From NCBI RefSeq assembly GCF_036365525.1, contig NC_090377.1:104932907-104996906 (forward strand): a stretch of DNA of 64,000 bases, written 5' to 3'. Positions 63,800 to 64,000 of this stretch are shown in pieces; the first letter of the stretch is position 1, and each line of letters begins with the position of its first letter. The DNA is from Heterodontus francisci. Lineage: Eukaryota. The position numbers and the translations under genes were made by a program. Under the pieces are notes generated by a model. That model saw only the letters and a list, made by a program, of their open reading frames with translations, did not search any database and had not been told where the DNA came from.

Positions 63800-64000
63800 T
63801 TAAAATTCATTTCATGGGATGTGGGCATCGCTGGCCAGGCCAGCATTTATTGCCCATCCTTAATTGCCCATGAGAAGGTGGTGGTGAGCTGCCTTCTTGA
63901 ACAGCTGCAGTCCATGTGGGATAGGTAGACCCACAGTGCTGTTAGAAAGGGAGTTCCAGGATTTTGACCCAGCGACAGTGAAGGAATGGCAATATAGTTC
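63800..64000 (-). mobile_element. 3' end of the tRNA-headed LINE family (runs off window)
   Basis: Reverse complement of about 9950-10145. Confidence 0.9.

Overview
Repeat-dense, non-coding (intronic or intergenic) vertebrate DNA, almost certainly from a shark or other elasmobranch: it carries HE1-type V-SINEs, their CR1/HER1-type partner LINEs and Deu-domain SINEs. I cannot support any host protein-coding exon; nearly all long ORFs are transposon fragments or their antisense shadows. Content: many CR1 copies (one near full length with an SGNH-esterase ORF1), L2 remnants, a young RTE fragment, a decayed PIF/Harbinger-type transposase with GC-rich TIR elements, several solo LTRs, and Penelope-like terminal repeats carrying a minimal hammerhead ribozyme motif. 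The most unusual object is a 3.26-kb single-ORF APE-RT LINE (6891-10152). Its 5' end is a tRNA-derived Pol III promoter, its sense strand is nearly free of T4 Pol III terminators, its ORF has no AUG before the endonuclease, and a short form with the same two ends occurs twice in the window as a SINE. All calls were made by eye; boundaries of old repeats are approximate.
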